Part shown: positions 22,054 to 33,845 of the stretch, piece by piece | Numbering within the stretch: position 1 is the first letter of the stretch | Layout: each line of letters begins with the position of its first letter | Assembly: GCA_041629335.1 (NCBI GenBank) | Contig: JBFKNN010000001.1 | Location: forward strand, 30,808-94,807 | DNA length: 64,000 nt | From: Burkholderiales bacterium | Lineage (GTDB): Bacteria; Pseudomonadota; Gammaproteobacteria; Burkholderiales; SG8-41 | Direction of reading: 5' to 3' | The notes under the pieces: generated by a model | The model's input: the letters and a program-made list of their open reading frames with translations, nothing else | Told to the model about the DNA's origin: nothing | Databases searched by the model: none | Position numbers and translations under genes: made by a program

Positions 22054-22652
22054 TTCGCATCAACCTTCTGCCGCATCGCGAGATCCGGCGCAAGCAACAG
22101 CAGCAGCAATTCTTCGTCACGCTCGGCATGGTCGCCGCGCTCGGCATCGCGATCTGGTTTGCCGTGCACACCTACCTCACGGGGCAGCTCGAAAACCAGC
22201 AGGCCCGGAACCGGTATCTGCAGGAGGAAATCGTCAAGCTCGACAAACAGATCGAGGAAATCAAGAAGCTGAAGGAGCAGACCGCGGCGCTGCTGGCGCG
22301 CAAGAAGGTGGTCGAAACCCTGCAGGGCAACCGCGCCGAGGTTGTGCTTTTGCTCGACCAGCTCGTGCGCCAGCTCCCGGATGGCGTCTATCTCAAGTCG
22401 ATCAAGCAGACCGGCGGCAAGGTCACCATCAACGGCTACACGCAATCGCAGGCACGCGTGTCCACGCTGATGCGCAACCTCGAATCGTCACAGTACCTCA
22501 ACAGCCCGAGCCTGGTCGAGATCAAGGCCACAGCGCAAGGCGCCTCGCGCATCAACGAATTCACGCTCATCGTCAACATCACACGCGCGCAGGAGCCCGA
22601 GACGAAGAAGCCGGGCGGGCGGGCCGCGCTCAACCCGGCCGCCAGGGGGTAA
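22050..22652 (+). CDS. pilN: Type IV pilus assembly protein PilN
   Basis: MIRINLLPHREIRRKQQQQQF + TM helix. ATGA overlap with the pilM stop. Confidence 0.85.
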   Translation: MIRINLLPHREIRRKQQQQQFFVTLGMVAALGIAIWFAVHTYLTGQLENQQARNRYLQEEIVKLDKQIEEIKKLKEQTAALLARKKVVETLQGNRAEVVLLLDQLVRQLPDGVYLKSIKQTGGKVTINGYTQSQARVSTLMRNLESSQYLNSPSLVEIKATAQGASRINEFTLIVNITRAQEPETKKPGGRAALNPAARG

Positions 22653-22658
22653 CCGCAT

Positions 22659-23300
22659 ATGACTCTTGACGATCTCAAACGTCTCGACCCGAAGAAAATC
22701 GGATCCTGGCCGGCTCTGCCCAAGGCCGGCGTTCTGTTGCTTGCGCTCGCGCTGATTATTTTTCTGAGCTACTGGTTCGATTGGCAAAACCAGCTCAACA
22801 ACATTACCGCCGAGCAGCAGAAGGAGGACGGGCTGCGCACCACCTTCCTCGACAAGAAGAAAGTCGCGATCGATCTGCCCGCCTACCGCAAGCAGCTGGA
22901 CGATATCGAGAAGTCCTTCGGCGCGCTTCTGAAGCAGCTGCCCGGCAAGTCCGACATGGATGCGCTGCTAACCGACATCAACCAGGCCGGGCTCGGGCGC
23001 GGGCTGCAGTTCGAACTGTTCAAGCCGGCGGCACAGGAAATCATGCGGGATTTCTACGCCGAGCTTCCCATCACCATCAAGGTGACCGGTAACTACCACG
23101 ACATGGGCGCGTTCGCGAGCGATATCGGGAAGCTGTCCCGAATCGTGACGCTCAACGACATCGCGCTCACCACGATGAAAGACGGTCTCGCTCTGGATGC
23201 GACAGCGAAGACGTTCCGCTACCTGGACGACGCCGAAGTCGCCCAACAAAGAAAGACCGCCAAAGGGCCCGTTAAAGGCAGACCCGCTCGGGGCAGGTGA
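22659..23300 (+). CDS. pilO: Type IV pilus assembly protein PilO
   Basis: 213 aa; N-terminal TM helix then coiled-coil; position in the pilMNOPQ cluster. Confidence 0.85.
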   Translation: MTLDDLKRLDPKKIGSWPALPKAGVLLLALALIIFLSYWFDWQNQLNNITAEQQKEDGLRTTFLDKKKVAIDLPAYRKQLDDIEKSFGALLKQLPGKSDMDALLTDINQAGLGRGLQFELFKPAAQEIMRDFYAELPITIKVTGNYHDMGAFASDIGKLSRIVTLNDIALTTMKDGLALDATAKTFRYLDDAEVAQQRKTAKGPVKGRPARGR

Positions 23301-23833
23301 TGATGCGCTTCTTTATTTTCATGTTAGTCGCAAGTCTGGGGTTCGCCGGATGCTCCGGCGAGCAGCATACCGATCTGAGACAGTTCGTCAAGGATGCGGA
23401 CAACCTGCCGCGCGGGCGGATTCCGCCCCTCCCCGAAGCGAAGCCGTACGAGCCGTTTACTTATAACGCGTTTGACCTGGTCGACCCGTTCAAGCCGCGC
23501 AAGATCGAGCCGCCGAAAGGCGCTGCGGGTGCGGGTGGCGTGCAGCCCGATTTCAACCGCCGGCGTGAGCCACTCGAGGCCTACCCGCTGGAGAATCTGA
23601 AGATGGTGGGTACGCTGCAGAATCAGAAAGACGTGTATGCGTTGATCAAGACACCGGACAACAACCTGTTCCGGGTGCGGGCCGGGAATTATCTCGGGCA
23701 GAATTTCGGGCGGATCATCAACATCACTGAATCGAACATCAAGCTGAAGGAAATCGTTCAGGACACCGGTGGCAGCTGGGAGGAAAAGGATCAGTCGCTG
23801 CAGCTGCAGGATGAACAGGAGGCAAGGAAATGA
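23300..23833 (+). CDS. pilP: Type IV pilus assembly lipoprotein PilP
   Basis: Lipobox LVASLGFAGC. The ORF track starts at GTG 23297; ATG 23300 preferred (TGATG junction with pilO). Confidence 0.8.
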   Translation: MMRFFIFMLVASLGFAGCSGEQHTDLRQFVKDADNLPRGRIPPLPEAKPYEPFTYNAFDLVDPFKPRKIEPPKGAAGAGGVQPDFNRRREPLEAYPLENLKMVGTLQNQKDVYALIKTPDNNLFRVRAGNYLGQNFGRIINITESNIKLKEIVQDTGGSWEEKDQSLQLQDEQEARK

Positions 23834-25989
23834 ATTTTCATAACATCGTGATCTCCCGTGCCGCGCGCATGATGCTCGCGCTCGTTGTCGCGGCGGCAAG
23901 CTCGGTGACTTGGGCGCAAGCCAACACCATCGAGGCGATCGACGTCTCGCCCCAGGCAGGCGACAAGATCATCATCAAGGTCACGCTGCGCGAGGCGCCT
24001 GCCAATCCGCCCGCCGGTTTCACCGTCACCAACCCGCCACGCATCGCGTTCGATTTCCCGGACACAGGGAACGCGCTGGGCCGCACCGCGCAAGAGGTCG
24101 GTGAGGGCGATCTGCGCCGCATCAACGTGGTCCAGGGCGCCGGCCGCACGCGGATGGTGCTCGAGCTCGCCAAGACCTTGAGCTACGACATGCAGATTGA
24201 AGGAAAATCGCTGCTGATCACGCTGCAGGCTGCCGGCGCCGCAACCGTAGCGGCGACAGGCGTGACCCAGCGCTTCTCCCGGGTGCAGCCCGGGGACCAG
24301 CAGCACAGCCTGCGTGATATCGATTTCCGCCGCGGGCGCAGCGGTGAAGGCCGGATCGTGGTGGATCTCTCCGACAATGCGGTCGGCATCGACCTCAAGC
24401 AGCAGGGCAAGACCATCGTCGTCGAATTCATCAATACCGCGCTGCCCAAGAATCTGGAGCGCCGGCTCGACGTGCTGGATTTCGGCACGCCGGTGCAGAC
24501 GATCGACGCCATCGCGCAGGGCGCGAATACGCGCCTGGTCATCACGCCGCGGGGCAACTGGGAGCACTCCGCGTACCAGACGGACAACCGTTTCATCGTC
24601 GAGGTCAAGGAGATCATCGAGGACCCGACAAAGCTCGTGCAGGGCAGCCGGAAGGGGTATACCGGCGAGAAACTGTCGCTCAACTTCCAGAACGTCGAAG
24701 TGCGCGCGGTGCTGCAGGTCATCGCCGATTTCACCGGGCTCAACATCATCACCAGCGATACGGTTTCCGGAAACCTGACGCTGCGCCTGAAAGACGTCCC
24801 ATGGGATCAGGCGCTCGACATCATCCTGCAAAGCAAGGGCCTGGATCTGCGCAAGACCGGCAACGTGGTGTGGATCGCGCCTCGCGACGAGCTAGCAACC
24901 AAGGAGAAGCTCGCGCTTGAGGCAAAGCAGCAGATTGCCGATCTGGAGCCGACCCGCACCGAAAGCTTCCAGCTGAACTATCAAAAGGCCGAAGCGTTCA
25001 AGGCCATCCTCGCGGATGATAAGCAGCGCATTCTGTCGAAGCGCGGCAGCGCGGTGATCGACCCGCGCACCAATACGATCTTCGTGCAGGACACGCCCAC
25101 GCGGTTGGAGGAAGTGCGCAGACTGATCCAGCGCGTCGACGTGCCGGTGCGTCAGGTGATGATCGAGTCGCGCATCGTGGAGGCAGCCGACACGTTCAGT
25201 CGCAATCTGGGGGTGCGTCTTGCCTACAATGACCGCACGGGATTAGAGCGTGGTTTCGGGCGCGAGGGCACCGCGCTCGGGACCAACGCGGGCAGTAACC
25301 CGCGGCTGTTGATCGGCGGCAACATCAACCAGTCGGGCGAAGTGACCGGGCAGCAAGTCCCGCGTCCGACCGGGTTCTTCCCGGATGCACTGCAGGTCAA
25401 CCTGCCGGCGCCGGGGATCGGCGGTAACCCCGCAGGGAACTTCACCATGGTCCTGTTCAACCAGTCGCACACGAAGTTCCTCAATCTCGAGCTCTCCGCG
25501 CTTCAGGCGGACGGCAAAGGAAAGATCATCTCGAGTCCGCGCGTCGTCACAGCGGACCAGGTCGAGGCAAGTATCGAGCAGGGCACCGAGATCCCGTACC
25601 AGCAGGCAACGTCAAGCGGCGCGACCAGTGTGTCCTTCAAGAAGGCCACGCTGTCACTCAAGGTGAAGCCGCAGGTCACGCCCGATGACAACGTGATCAT
25701 GAACCTGCGCATCCACAAGGACAGCGTCGGTCAGACGACGACTGCGGGCCCGGCGATCGACACCAAGCAGATCGTCACCGAGGTGCTGGTCGAAAATGGC
25801 GGCACGGTGGTTATCGGCGGCATTTATACGCAGGAAGAGCGCTCGACCACCACCAAGGTGCCGGTGCTCGGCGACCTTCCATACGTCGGGTTCATGTTCA
25901 GGCAGAACCTGAGGGCGGACGACCGGCGCGAGCTGCTGATCTTCATCACGCCGAAGATCCTCAAGGAAGGGCTGGCGTTGCGCCCGTAG
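23830..25989 (+). CDS. pilQ: Type IV pilus secretin PilQ
   Basis: 719 aa. Signal peptide and AMIN-like N-terminal repeats. Secretin C-domain (VPVLGDLPYVGFMFR...ELLIFITPKI). ATGA overlap with pilP. Confidence 0.95.
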   Translation: MNFHNIVISRAARMMLALVVAAASSVTWAQANTIEAIDVSPQAGDKIIIKVTLREAPANPPAGFTVTNPPRIAFDFPDTGNALGRTAQEVGEGDLRRINVVQGAGRTRMVLELAKTLSYDMQIEGKSLLITLQAAGAATVAATGVTQRFSRVQPGDQQHSLRDIDFRRGRSGEGRIVVDLSDNAVGIDLKQQGKTIVVEFINTALPKNLERRLDVLDFGTPVQTIDAIAQGANTRLVITPRGNWEHSAYQTDNRFIVEVKEIIEDPTKLVQGSRKGYTGEKLSLNFQNVEVRAVLQVIADFTGLNIITSDTVSGNLTLRLKDVPWDQALDIILQSKGLDLRKTGNVVWIAPRDELATKEKLALEAKQQIADLEPTRTESFQLNYQKAEAFKAILADDKQRILSKRGSAVIDPRTNTIFVQDTPTRLEEVRRLIQRVDVPVRQVMIESRIVEAADTFSRNLGVRLAYNDRTGLERGFGREGTALGTNAGSNPRLLIGGNINQSGEVTGQQVPRPTGFFPDALQVNLPAPGIGGNPAGNFTMVLFNQSHTKFLNLELSALQADGKGKIISSPRVVTADQVEASIEQGTEIPYQQATSSGATSVSFKKATLSLKVKPQVTPDDNVIMNLRIHKDSVGQTTTAGPAIDTKQIVTEVLVENGGTVVIGGIYTQEERSTTTKVPVLGDLPYVGFMFRQNLRADDRRELLIFITPKILKEGLALRP

Positions 25990-26010
25990 GCCGCGATTCG
26001 CTTCCCTGAA

Positions 26011-26036
26011 GGCGGCGCGTTGCGCCGCCTTTTTCT
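26011..26036 (+). terminator. Rho-independent terminator after pilQ
   Basis: GGCGGCGC gtt GCGCCGCC followed by TTTTTCTT, 22 nt after the pilQ stop. Confidence 0.7.
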
Positions 26037-26096
26037 TGGCTGCGCCCGGCGTCGCGCCGGTTATGCCGGACATGACGATTCCGTTAGAATCTGGCC

Positions 26097-26690
26097 ATGA
26101 ATACGCCGGATGCACACGGCATGAGCCAGGATCGCGCACCAGAGAACATTTTTCTGGTCGGCCTCATGGGGGCCGGCAAGACTTCGGTTGGCAAGACGCT
26201 GGCACGGCGCCTGCACAAGGCGTTTCTTGACACCGATCAGGAGATCGAGCGTACCACCGGCGTCAAGATTCCGGTCATTTTCGAGATCGAGGGTGAGGCC
26301 GGGTTTCGCGCACGGGAAGCCCGGCTGCTGGCCGACCTGGTTCAACGCAGGAACATCGTTCTGGCAACCGGCGGCGGGGTCGTGCTCGCGGAGCCGAACC
26401 GGCAGTTGCTCACGGAGCACGGTACCGTTGTCTACCTGCGCGCCTCGGTCGAGGACCTGTGGGAACGCACACGGTACGACAAGAACCGTCCGTTGCTGCG
26501 AACGGAGGATCCCGTGGCAAAGCTGAACAAACTCTTCATCCAGCGCGATCCGCTCTACCGTGAGGTGGCGGACTTGATCGTCGATACCGGCAGCCAGAGC
26601 GTTGGCAGCCTCGCCACCACTCTTGAGAAGCGGCTGCTGGAGCACGCGCGGGGCGCCGACCCCACAGGCAGCGCGCTCACCACCGGATAG
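26097..26690 (+). CDS. aroK: Shikimate kinase
   Basis: Walker [16 protein letters not shown]. pilQ-aroK-aroB synteny. Start could be the internal ATG ([11 protein letters not shown]...). Confidence 0.9.
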   Translation: MNTPDAHGMSQDRAPENIFLVGLMGAGKTSVGKTLARRLHKAFLDTDQEIERTTGVKIPVIFEIEGEAGFRAREARLLADLVQRRNIVLATGGGVVLAEPNRQLLTEHGTVVYLRASVEDLWERTRYDKNRPLLRTEDPVAKLNKLFIQRDPLYREVADLIVDTGSQSVGSLATTLEKRLLEHARGADPTGSALTTG

Positions 26691-26711
26691 GCTGCGTTTC
26701 CGGGACCTGCC

Positions 26712-27803
26712 ATGCCGACTCTTACCGTAGCTCTGGATGAACGCAGTTACCCGATCCATATCGGCGCGGGCTTGCTCGCGCAGCCCGAGCTCATCGTCTC
26801 CGAGCTGCCGCAGAGACGCGTTGCGATCATCAGCAATACGACCGTGGCACCGCTCTACCTCGAGCGCTTTTCCCGATCGCTCGAGGCGCGGGATATCGGA
26901 GTGCTGCCGATCATCCTGCCCGATGGAGAATCCCACAAGAACTGGGAAACCCTGAACGACATATTCGATTTGCTGCTGCGCAACCGCTGCGAGCGCAAGA
27001 CGACAGTGATCGCGCTGGGCGGCGGGGTAATCGGCGATCTGGCCGGTTTCGCTGCGGCGGTGTACCAGCGCGGCGTGCCCTTCATCCAGGTGCCAACGAC
27101 GCTGCTCGCTCAGGTCGATTCCGCGGTCGGCGGAAAGACCGCCATCAATCATCCGCTCGGCAAGAACATGATCGGCGCGTTCTACCAGCCCCTGGCGGTG
27201 GTTGCCGATACCGACACGCTCATCACCTTGCCCGACCGGGAGCTTGCCGCAGGGCTGGCCGAAGTCATCAAGTACGGGCTGATCCGCGATCCGGCCTTCT
27301 TCGACTGGCTGGAGCAGAACATGGCGCGCCTGAATGCGCGCAATCCCGAGGCGCTGGCCTATGCCATCGAGCGCTCGTGCCGCGACAAGGCCGAGGTCGT
27401 CGCGCTCGACGAGCGCGAGACCGGCGTGCGCGCGCTGCTCAACCTGGGCCACACGTTCGGTCACGCAATCGAAGCGGGCTTGGGATTCGGCGAATGGCTC
27501 CACGGCGAGGCGGTCGCTGCGGGAATGGTGCTCGCAGCCAGGCTGTCGGAGCGTCTGGGTCACCTCGGGCGAAGCGACGTCGAGCGCGTGGTCAATCTTC
27601 TCGCGCTGGCGCGGCTGCCGACCGCCGCACCCGACCTCGGGGTCGCTCGCTACCTCGACCTGATGGGGCATGACAAGAAGGTCGAGGGCGGGAAGCTGCG
27701 GCTGATTCTGCTGAAGTCTATCGGCAATGCGTTCGTCGCCGATGCGGTGCCGGAGGACGCGCTCGCTGCCGTATTGGGGCGGCAAGCAGCGGCTCATGCC
27801 TGA
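26712..27803 (+). CDS. aroB: 3-dehydroquinate synthase
   Basis: 363 aa; [31 protein letters not shown] motifs. Confidence 0.95.
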   Translation: MPTLTVALDERSYPIHIGAGLLAQPELIVSELPQRRVAIISNTTVAPLYLERFSRSLEARDIGVLPIILPDGESHKNWETLNDIFDLLLRNRCERKTTVIALGGGVIGDLAGFAAAVYQRGVPFIQVPTTLLAQVDSAVGGKTAINHPLGKNMIGAFYQPLAVVADTDTLITLPDRELAAGLAEVIKYGLIRDPAFFDWLEQNMARLNARNPEALAYAIERSCRDKAEVVALDERETGVRALLNLGHTFGHAIEAGLGFGEWLHGEAVAAGMVLAARLSERLGHLGRSDVERVVNLLALARLPTAAPDLGVARYLDLMGHDKKVEGGKLRLILLKSIGNAFVADAVPEDALAAVLGRQAAAHA

Positions 27804-28917
27804 GCTCGCGCCCTACGCCGCGCGGGCGGAGAGCTCGCGCGGGCGCCGGCATCGTGAAGCGCCGCCGCGCGGCCGCAGCGAGTTCCAGCGCGACCGCGAT
27901 CGGATCATCCACTCGACCGCGTTCCGGCGGCTCGAGTACAAGACCCAGGTATTCATCAATCACGAGGGCGACCTGTTCCGCACCAGGCTCACGCACAGCC
28001 TTGAGGTCGCGCAGATCGGGCGCTCGGTGGCGCGCAGCCTGGGCCTCGACGAGGACCTGACCGAAGCGATCGCGCTCGCCCACGACCTGGGCCACACGCC
28101 TTTCGGCCACGCCGGACAAGATGCGCTCAATACCTGCATGAAGCCGTATGGTGGCTTCGAGCACAACCTGCAGAGCCTGCGCGTGGTCGACATGCTCGAG
28201 CAGCGCTACGGCGCGTTCGACGGGCTGAATCTCACGTTCGAATCGCGTGAAGGCATCCTCAAGCACTGCTCGCGCCGGAATGCGCGCGTGCTGGGCGACG
28301 TCGGCGAGCGCTTTTTCAGGAAGCACAGCCCGACGCTCGAGGCGCAGCTCGCCAATCTCGCCGACGAGGTCGCATACAACAATCACGACGTCGACGACGG
28401 CTTGCGTTCCGGACTGCTCGCGCTCGAGCAGCTGTCGGAAGTCAGGATCTTCGCGCGCCACATGCGTGCCGCGCTGCGCGCCTACCCGAAGCTCGCCGGC
28501 CGGCGCCTGATACACGAAACGGTGCGCCGCATGATCGACACCGTGGTCACCGATCTGATTCGCCAAAGTGGCAGAAATATCAGAGAGTTAAGTCCTTCGA
28601 GCGTAGACGACGTGCGGCGTGCGCCGCTGCTCATCGGCTTCAGCGCCAAGGTGCAGCGCGAGCAGCAGGAGCTCAAGCAGTTCCTGCGCCACAACCTTTA
28701 CCAGCACTATCGGGTCGCACGCATGAGCACCAAGGCGCGGCGGGTCGTTACCGAGCTTTTCAGCGCCTTTCTCACCGATCCGCGGCTGCTGCCCCCGGAA
28801 TTCCAGGTGCGCGCAGGCGAGGATGCGCCGCGGGCGATCGCCGATTACGTCGCCGGCATGACCGACCGCTATGCCATCCTCGAGCACCGGCGCCTGTTCG
28901 CGATCGAGGAAACCTGA
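27796..28917 (+). CDS. dgt: Deoxyguanosinetriphosphate triphosphohydrolase-like HD-domain protein
   Basis: ORF 27727..28917 trimmed to ATG 27796 (8-nt overlap with the aroB end). [39 protein letters not shown] motifs. Confidence 0.85.
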   Translation: MPELAPYAARAESSRGRRHREAPPRGRSEFQRDRDRIIHSTAFRRLEYKTQVFINHEGDLFRTRLTHSLEVAQIGRSVARSLGLDEDLTEAIALAHDLGHTPFGHAGQDALNTCMKPYGGFEHNLQSLRVVDMLEQRYGAFDGLNLTFESREGILKHCSRRNARVLGDVGERFFRKHSPTLEAQLANLADEVAYNNHDVDDGLRSGLLALEQLSEVRIFARHMRAALRAYPKLAGRRLIHETVRRMIDTVVTDLIRQSGRNIRELSPSSVDDVRRAPLLIGFSAKVQREQQELKQFLRHNLYQHYRVARMSTKARRVVTELFSAFLTDPRLLPPEFQVRAGEDAPRAIADYVAGMTDRYAILEHRRLFAIEET

Positions 28918-29041
28918 CCTCAAGTAAGCACTCGCAAACAAAATTGGCTGTTGAAGCAAGCCCTTGAAGCAGGTAGACTTAGCCGGTTTCACCGCAACTT
29001 CTTAGCGGCCCGGTGACTTTGCTTGCGGCAGCGCACCATAC

Positions 29042-32000
29042 ATGCCGCCAACCGCTTGTCCCGGCAGCTTTTTTCGGCGAGGTACCAGCGTGAGTCAAAC
29101 GGGTTTGCCAGCACTCCAGGGACTGTACGATCCTGCCCACGAGCACGACGCGTGCGGCGTCGGGTTTGTCGCCCAGATCAAGGGCAAGAAGACGCACACC
29201 CTCATTGAGCAGGGGCTCACCGTCCTGCGCAACCTGACGCACCGCGGCGCGGTCGGCGCCGATCCCAAGGCCTCCGACGGCGCGGGCATTCTGATCCAGA
29301 TTCCGGACAAGTTCTTCCGTGAGGAGATGGCGAAGCAGAGCGTGAAGCTGCCGCCGGCGGGCCAGTACGGGGTGGGAATGGTGTTCCTGCCGCGCGAGCC
29401 GGCGTCGCGCTTCGCCTGCGAGTACGAGATCGAGCGCGCGATCAAGGACGAAGGGCAGTTGATCCTCGGCTGGCGCGACGTCCCGGTCGATAGCTCCGAC
29501 CTCGGCGAGTCGGTGAAGCTGGTGGAGCCGGTGATCCGCCAGGTGTTCGTCGGCCGCGGCAAAGGCGTCACCGTCACCGACGCGCTCGAGCGCAAGCTCT
29601 ACATAATCCGCAAGAGCGCGGGGCACGCCATCCGCTCGCTGCATCTCGCCCACGGCAAGGAATTCTACGTCCCGTCGATGTCCGCGCGGACGATCGTCTA
29701 CAAGGGCATGCTGCTCGCGCACCAGGTTGGCGAGTATTACTTGGACCTCAAGGACCCGCGCGTCGAGTCCGCGCTGGCGCTGGTGCACCAGCGGTTCTCC
29801 ACCAACACCTTCCCCTCGTGGGATCTTGCGCACCCGTTCCGGATGATCTGCCACAACGGTGAGATCAATACGCTGCGCGGCAACGTCAACTGGATCCGCG
29901 CCCGGCAAGGCGCCATCTCGAGCCCGGTGCTCGGGGGGGACCTCAACAAGATCTGGCCGCTCATCTACGACGGCCAGTCCGATTCCGCCTCGTTCGACAA
30001 CGCGCTGGAACTGCTGGTGATGGGGGGCTATTCGGTCGCGCACGCCATGATGATGATGATTCCGGAGGCGTGGGAGAACCACACGCTTATGGATGCTAGC
30101 CGCCGCGCGTTCTACGAATATCATGCCGCGATGATGGAGCCGTGGGACGGCCCGGCGTCGATCGCGTTCACCGACGGGCGCCAGATCGGCGCGACACTCG
30201 ACCGCAACGGCCTGCGGCCCTCACGTTACATCGTCACCGACGACAATCTGGTCATCATGGGCTCGGAGTGCGGGTGCCTGCCCGTGCCCGAGGAAAAAAT
30301 CGTCAAGAAATGGCGTCTGCAGCCGGGCAAGATGTTCCTCGTGGACCTGGAAAAGGGCCGCATCATCAACGACCAGGAGCTCAAGGAATCGCTCGCGTCG
30401 GCCAAGCCCTACGCCGAGTGGATCGAGCGCATCCGCGTCAAGCTGGACGAGTTGCCCGAGCCGAAGGAGAAGCGCGAGGTCGCGCGCGAGGCGCTGCTCG
30501 ACCGCCAGCAGGCGTTCGGCTACACGCAGGAGGACATCAAATTCCTGCTCACGCCGATGGCGATGAACGGCGAAGAGCCGGTCGGTTCGATGGGTAACGA
30601 CTCGCCGCTCGCGGTTCTCTCGAGCAAGAACAAAACGCTGTACCATTATTTCAAGCAGCTATTCGCCCAGGTGACCAACCCGGCGATCGACCCGATCCGC
30701 GAGGAGCTCGTGACATCGGTGGTGAGCTTCATCGGCCCGAAACCGAACCTGCTTGGCATCGATGAGATGAACCCGCCGCTGCGGCTCGAGGTGAGCCAGC
30801 CGGTGCTCGATTTCGACCAGATGGAAACCATCCGGCACATCGAGAAGTATACCGACGGCAAGTTCAAGTCGTGCGAGCTCGACACCACTTACCCGCTCGC
30901 CTGGGGCAAGGAAGCGATCGAGGCGCGGCTTGCCTCGCTCGCGGCGCAGGCCGAGGACGCGGTGCGTGCCGGCTACTCGATCATCATCATCTCCGACCGC
31001 AAGCTCGACCGCGACCACGTCGCAATCCCGGCGCTGCTCGCGCTGTCCGCGGTGCACCAGCACCTGGTCAGCAAGGGCCTGCGCACCTCGACCGGGCTGG
31101 TCGTCGAAACCGGCTCGGCGCGCGAAGTCCATCATTTTGCGCTGCTCGGCGGCTACGGCGCTGAGGCGGTGCATCCTTATCTCGCATTCGAGACGGTCAT
31201 CGACATGGTCGAACGCGGCCAGCTCGGCCCGAACCGCGACGCCAAGCAGGCGTGCAAGAATTTCACCAAGTCGGTGGGCAAGGGCTTGCGCAAGGTGATG
31301 TCCAAGATGGGCATCTCGACTTACATGTCGTACACCGGCGCCCAGATTTTCGAGGCGGTGGGCCTCGCCAAGTCGTTGGTGGACAAGTACTTTACCGGCA
31401 CGACGTCGTCGGTCGAGGGGATCGGCGTGTTCGAGGCCGCGGAAGAGACGATCCGCATGCACCGCGAGGCGTTCGGTTACGATCCGGTGCTGGCCACCGA
31501 CCTCGCCGTCGGCGGCGAGTACGCCTGGCGGGTGCGCGGCGAAGAGCACATGTGGACCCCGGACGCGATCGCCAAGCTCCAGCACGCGACGCGGAGCAAC
31601 ACCTACTCAACTTACAGGGAGTACGCGAAGCTGATCGACGACCAATCGCGCCGGCACATGACGTTCCGCGGCCTGTTCGAGTTCCGGTTCAACCGGTGCA
31701 AGCCGGTGCCGATCGAGGAAGTCGAGCCGGCCGCCGAGATCGTCAAGCGCTTTTCCACCGGGGCGATGTCACTCGGGTCGATCTCGACCGAGGTGCACAC
31801 CACGCTGGCGGTCGCGATGAACCGCATCGGCGGCAAGTCCAACACCGGCGAGGGCGGGGAAGACCGCCGCCGTTACGCGCCGGTCAAGGCGGGTGAGACG
31901 CTGCGCTCACGGCTGGGCGCGGACCGCGTCGAGTCGGATATCGCGCTGAAGGATGGCGACTCGCTCAACTCCAAGATCAAGCAGGTCGCTTCCGGCCGCT

Positions 32001-33748
32001 TTGGGGTGACCGCCGAGTACCTCGCCAACGCCGAGCAACTGCAGATCAAGGTGGCGCAGGGCGCGAAGCCCGGCGAGGGCGGTCAGCTCCCCGGGCGCAA
32101 GGTATCGGAGTACATCGCGGAGATTCGCTTCTCCACGCCGGGCGTCGAGTTGATCTCGCCGCCACCGCACCACGATATCTACTCGATCGAGGACTTGGCG
32201 CAGCTCATCCACGATCTCAAGAACAGCAGCCCGCGCGCCGCGATCAGCGTCAAGCTGGTCTCCGAGGTCGGGGTGGGCACGATTGCGGCTGGCGTGGCAA
32301 AAGCCAAGTCGGACCACGTGACGATCGCCGGACATGACGGCGGCACGGGCGCGAGCCCGTGGTCGTCGATCAAGCACGCGGGCACGCCGTGGGAACTCGG
32401 GCTCGCCGAGACCCAGCAGACGCTGGTGCTGAACCGCCTGCGCGGCCGCATCGCGGTCCAGGTCGACGGCCAGATCAAGACCGGACGCGACGTGGTAATC
32501 GGGGCCATCCTCGGCGCCGACGAGTTCGGCTTTGGCACTGCGCCGCTGGTGGTCGAAGGCTGCATCATGATGCGCAAGTGCCATCTCAACACCTGCCCGG
32601 TCGGCATCGCTACGCAGGACCCGTTGCTGCGCCGGAAATTCACCGGCAAACCGGAGCACCTCATCAACTACTTCTTCTTCGTGGCCGAAGAGGTGCGCGA
32701 GCTGATGGCGCAACTCGGGATCCGGCGCTTCGACGAACTGATCGGCCGCACCGATCTTCTCAACACCGCGAAGGGCATAGAGCACTGGAAGGCGCGGGGG
32801 CTCGACTTCTCGAAGGTCTTTTACATGCCGCAGATGCCGGCCGACGTCGCGCGCCACCACTGCGAGGAGCAGGACCACGGGCTCGACCGGGCACTCGATA
32901 TGCGACTGATCGAGCTCGCCCAACCCGCGCTCGAGCGCGGCGAGAAAGTCACCATCGAGACACCCATCCGCAACATCAACCGCACGGTCGGAACGATGCT
33001 GTCGTATGAGGTAGCGAAGCGCTACGGCCACGACGGGCTGGCCGAGGACACGATCCACGTGCGGCTCGCCGGGTCGGCGGGCCAGAGTTTCGGCGCGTTT
33101 CTCGCACGCGGCATCACGCTCGATCTCATCGGCGATACCAACGACTACTGCGGCAAGGGCCTCTCCGGCGGCCGGATCACGGTTCAGCCGTCGCCCAAGT
33201 TTCGCGGCGAGCCCACCGAGAACATCATCACCGGCAACGTGGTGCTCTACGGGGCAATCGCCGGCGAGGCGTATTTCCGCGGTGTCGCGGGCGAGCGTTT
33301 CGCGGTGCGGAACTCGGGCGCGCATTCGGTCGTGGAAGGCGTAGGCGACCACGGCTGCGAGTACATGACCGGCGGCACGGTCGTCGTGCTCGGACCGATC
33401 GGTCGCAATTTCGCGGCCGGCATGAGCGGCGGCATCGCCTACGTGCTCGACGAGGCCGGCACCTTCGAGAGCCACTGCAATCTCGCCATGGTCAAACTCG
33501 AGCCGGTGCACTCGGAAGCCGAGCAGGAGGCCAAGGTCGACCGCGACCTCTGGCACCTGGGCGAGGCCGACGAGGTGATTCTCAGGCGCTTGATCGAAAA
33601 CCACGCGCGCTATACCGGCAGTGCCCGCGTGAAACGGCTGCTCGAGGACTGGCCGAACTACCGCACCAAGTTCGTCAAGGTGTTCCCGAACGAGTACCGC
33701 CGGGCGCTGGGCGAGCTTGCCGCCAAGCACAAGAAGATCGCAGCGTAA
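29042..33748 (+). CDS. gltB: Glutamate synthase (NADPH) large subunit
   Basis: 1568 aa. Ntn amidotransferase Cys in [14 protein letters not shown], plus FMN and GXGXG domains. Alternative GTG start at 29090 possible. Confidence 0.95.
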   Translation: MPPTACPGSFFRRGTSVSQTGLPALQGLYDPAHEHDACGVGFVAQIKGKKTHTLIEQGLTVLRNLTHRGAVGADPKASDGAGILIQIPDKFFREEMAKQSVKLPPAGQYGVGMVFLPREPASRFACEYEIERAIKDEGQLILGWRDVPVDSSDLGESVKLVEPVIRQVFVGRGKGVTVTDALERKLYIIRKSAGHAIRSLHLAHGKEFYVPSMSARTIVYKGMLLAHQVGEYYLDLKDPRVESALALVHQRFSTNTFPSWDLAHPFRMICHNGEINTLRGNVNWIRARQGAISSPVLGGDLNKIWPLIYDGQSDSASFDNALELLVMGGYSVAHAMMMMIPEAWENHTLMDASRRAFYEYHAAMMEPWDGPASIAFTDGRQIGATLDRNGLRPSRYIVTDDNLVIMGSECGCLPVPEEKIVKKWRLQPGKMFLVDLEKGRIINDQELKESLASAKPYAEWIERIRVKLDELPEPKEKREVAREALLDRQQAFGYTQEDIKFLLTPMAMNGEEPVGSMGNDSPLAVLSSKNKTLYHYFKQLFAQVTNPAIDPIREELVTSVVSFIGPKPNLLGIDEMNPPLRLEVSQPVLDFDQMETIRHIEKYTDGKFKSCELDTTYPLAWGKEAIEARLASLAAQAEDAVRAGYSIIIISDRKLDRDHVAIPALLALSAVHQHLVSKGLRTSTGLVVETGSAREVHHFALLGGYGAEAVHPYLAFETVIDMVERGQLGPNRDAKQACKNFTKSVGKGLRKVMSKMGISTYMSYTGAQIFEAVGLAKSLVDKYFTGTTSSVEGIGVFEAAEETIRMHREAFGYDPVLATDLAVGGEYAWRVRGEEHMWTPDAIAKLQHATRSNTYSTYREYAKLIDDQSRRHMTFRGLFEFRFNRCKPVPIEEVEPAAEIVKRFSTGAMSLGSISTEVHTTLAVAMNRIGGKSNTGEGGEDRRRYAPVKAGETLRSRLGADRVESDIALKDGDSLNSKIKQVASGRFGVTAEYLANAEQLQIKVAQGAKPGEGGQLPGRKVSEYIAEIRFSTPGVELISPPPHHDIYSIEDLAQLIHDLKNSSPRAAISVKLVSEVGVGTIAAGVAKAKSDHVTIAGHDGGTGASPWSSIKHAGTPWELGLAETQQTLVLNRLRGRIAVQVDGQIKTGRDVVIGAILGADEFGFGTAPLVVEGCIMMRKCHLNTCPVGIATQDPLLRRKFTGKPEHLINYFFFVAEEVRELMAQLGIRRFDELIGRTDLLNTAKGIEHWKARGLDFSKVFYMPQMPADVARHHCEEQDHGLDRALDMRLIELAQPALERGEKVTIETPIRNINRTVGTMLSYEVAKRYGHDGLAEDTIHVRLAGSAGQSFGAFLARGITLDLIGDTNDYCGKGLSGGRITVQPSPKFRGEPTENIITGNVVLYGAIAGEAYFRGVAGERFAVRNSGAHSVVEGVGDHGCEYMTGGTVVVLGPIGRNFAAGMSGGIAYVLDEAGTFESHCNLAMVKLEPVHSEAEQEAKVDRDLWHLGEADEVILRRLIENHARYTGSARVKRLLEDWPNYRTKFVKVFPNEYRRALGELAAKHKKIAA

Positions 33749-33781
33749 TTTCCGTTACCAATACAAGGTTACCGGATCGCA

Positions 33782-33803
33782 GGGGGCAGCGTGTGCGCTG
33801 CCC
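33782..33803 (+). other. GC-rich intercistronic stem-loop between gltB and gltD
   Basis: GGGGCAGCG tgtg CGCTGCCCC: 9-bp perfect stem, tetraloop, no U tract. Confidence 0.4.
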
Positions 33804-33845
33804 CGCCGCGGTCCCGGCAGCCGGCTACTTCCGGGGTTGAAATAG

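Noticed and set aside
27796-28917. dGTPase-like gene as a possible anti-phage nucleotide-depletion defence gene.
   Set aside because: It overlaps aroB by 8 nt within a conserved housekeeping aroK-aroB-dgt-gltB arrangement. There are no neighbouring defence, mobile or hypervariable genes. It is most simply the housekeeping Dgt-like protein.
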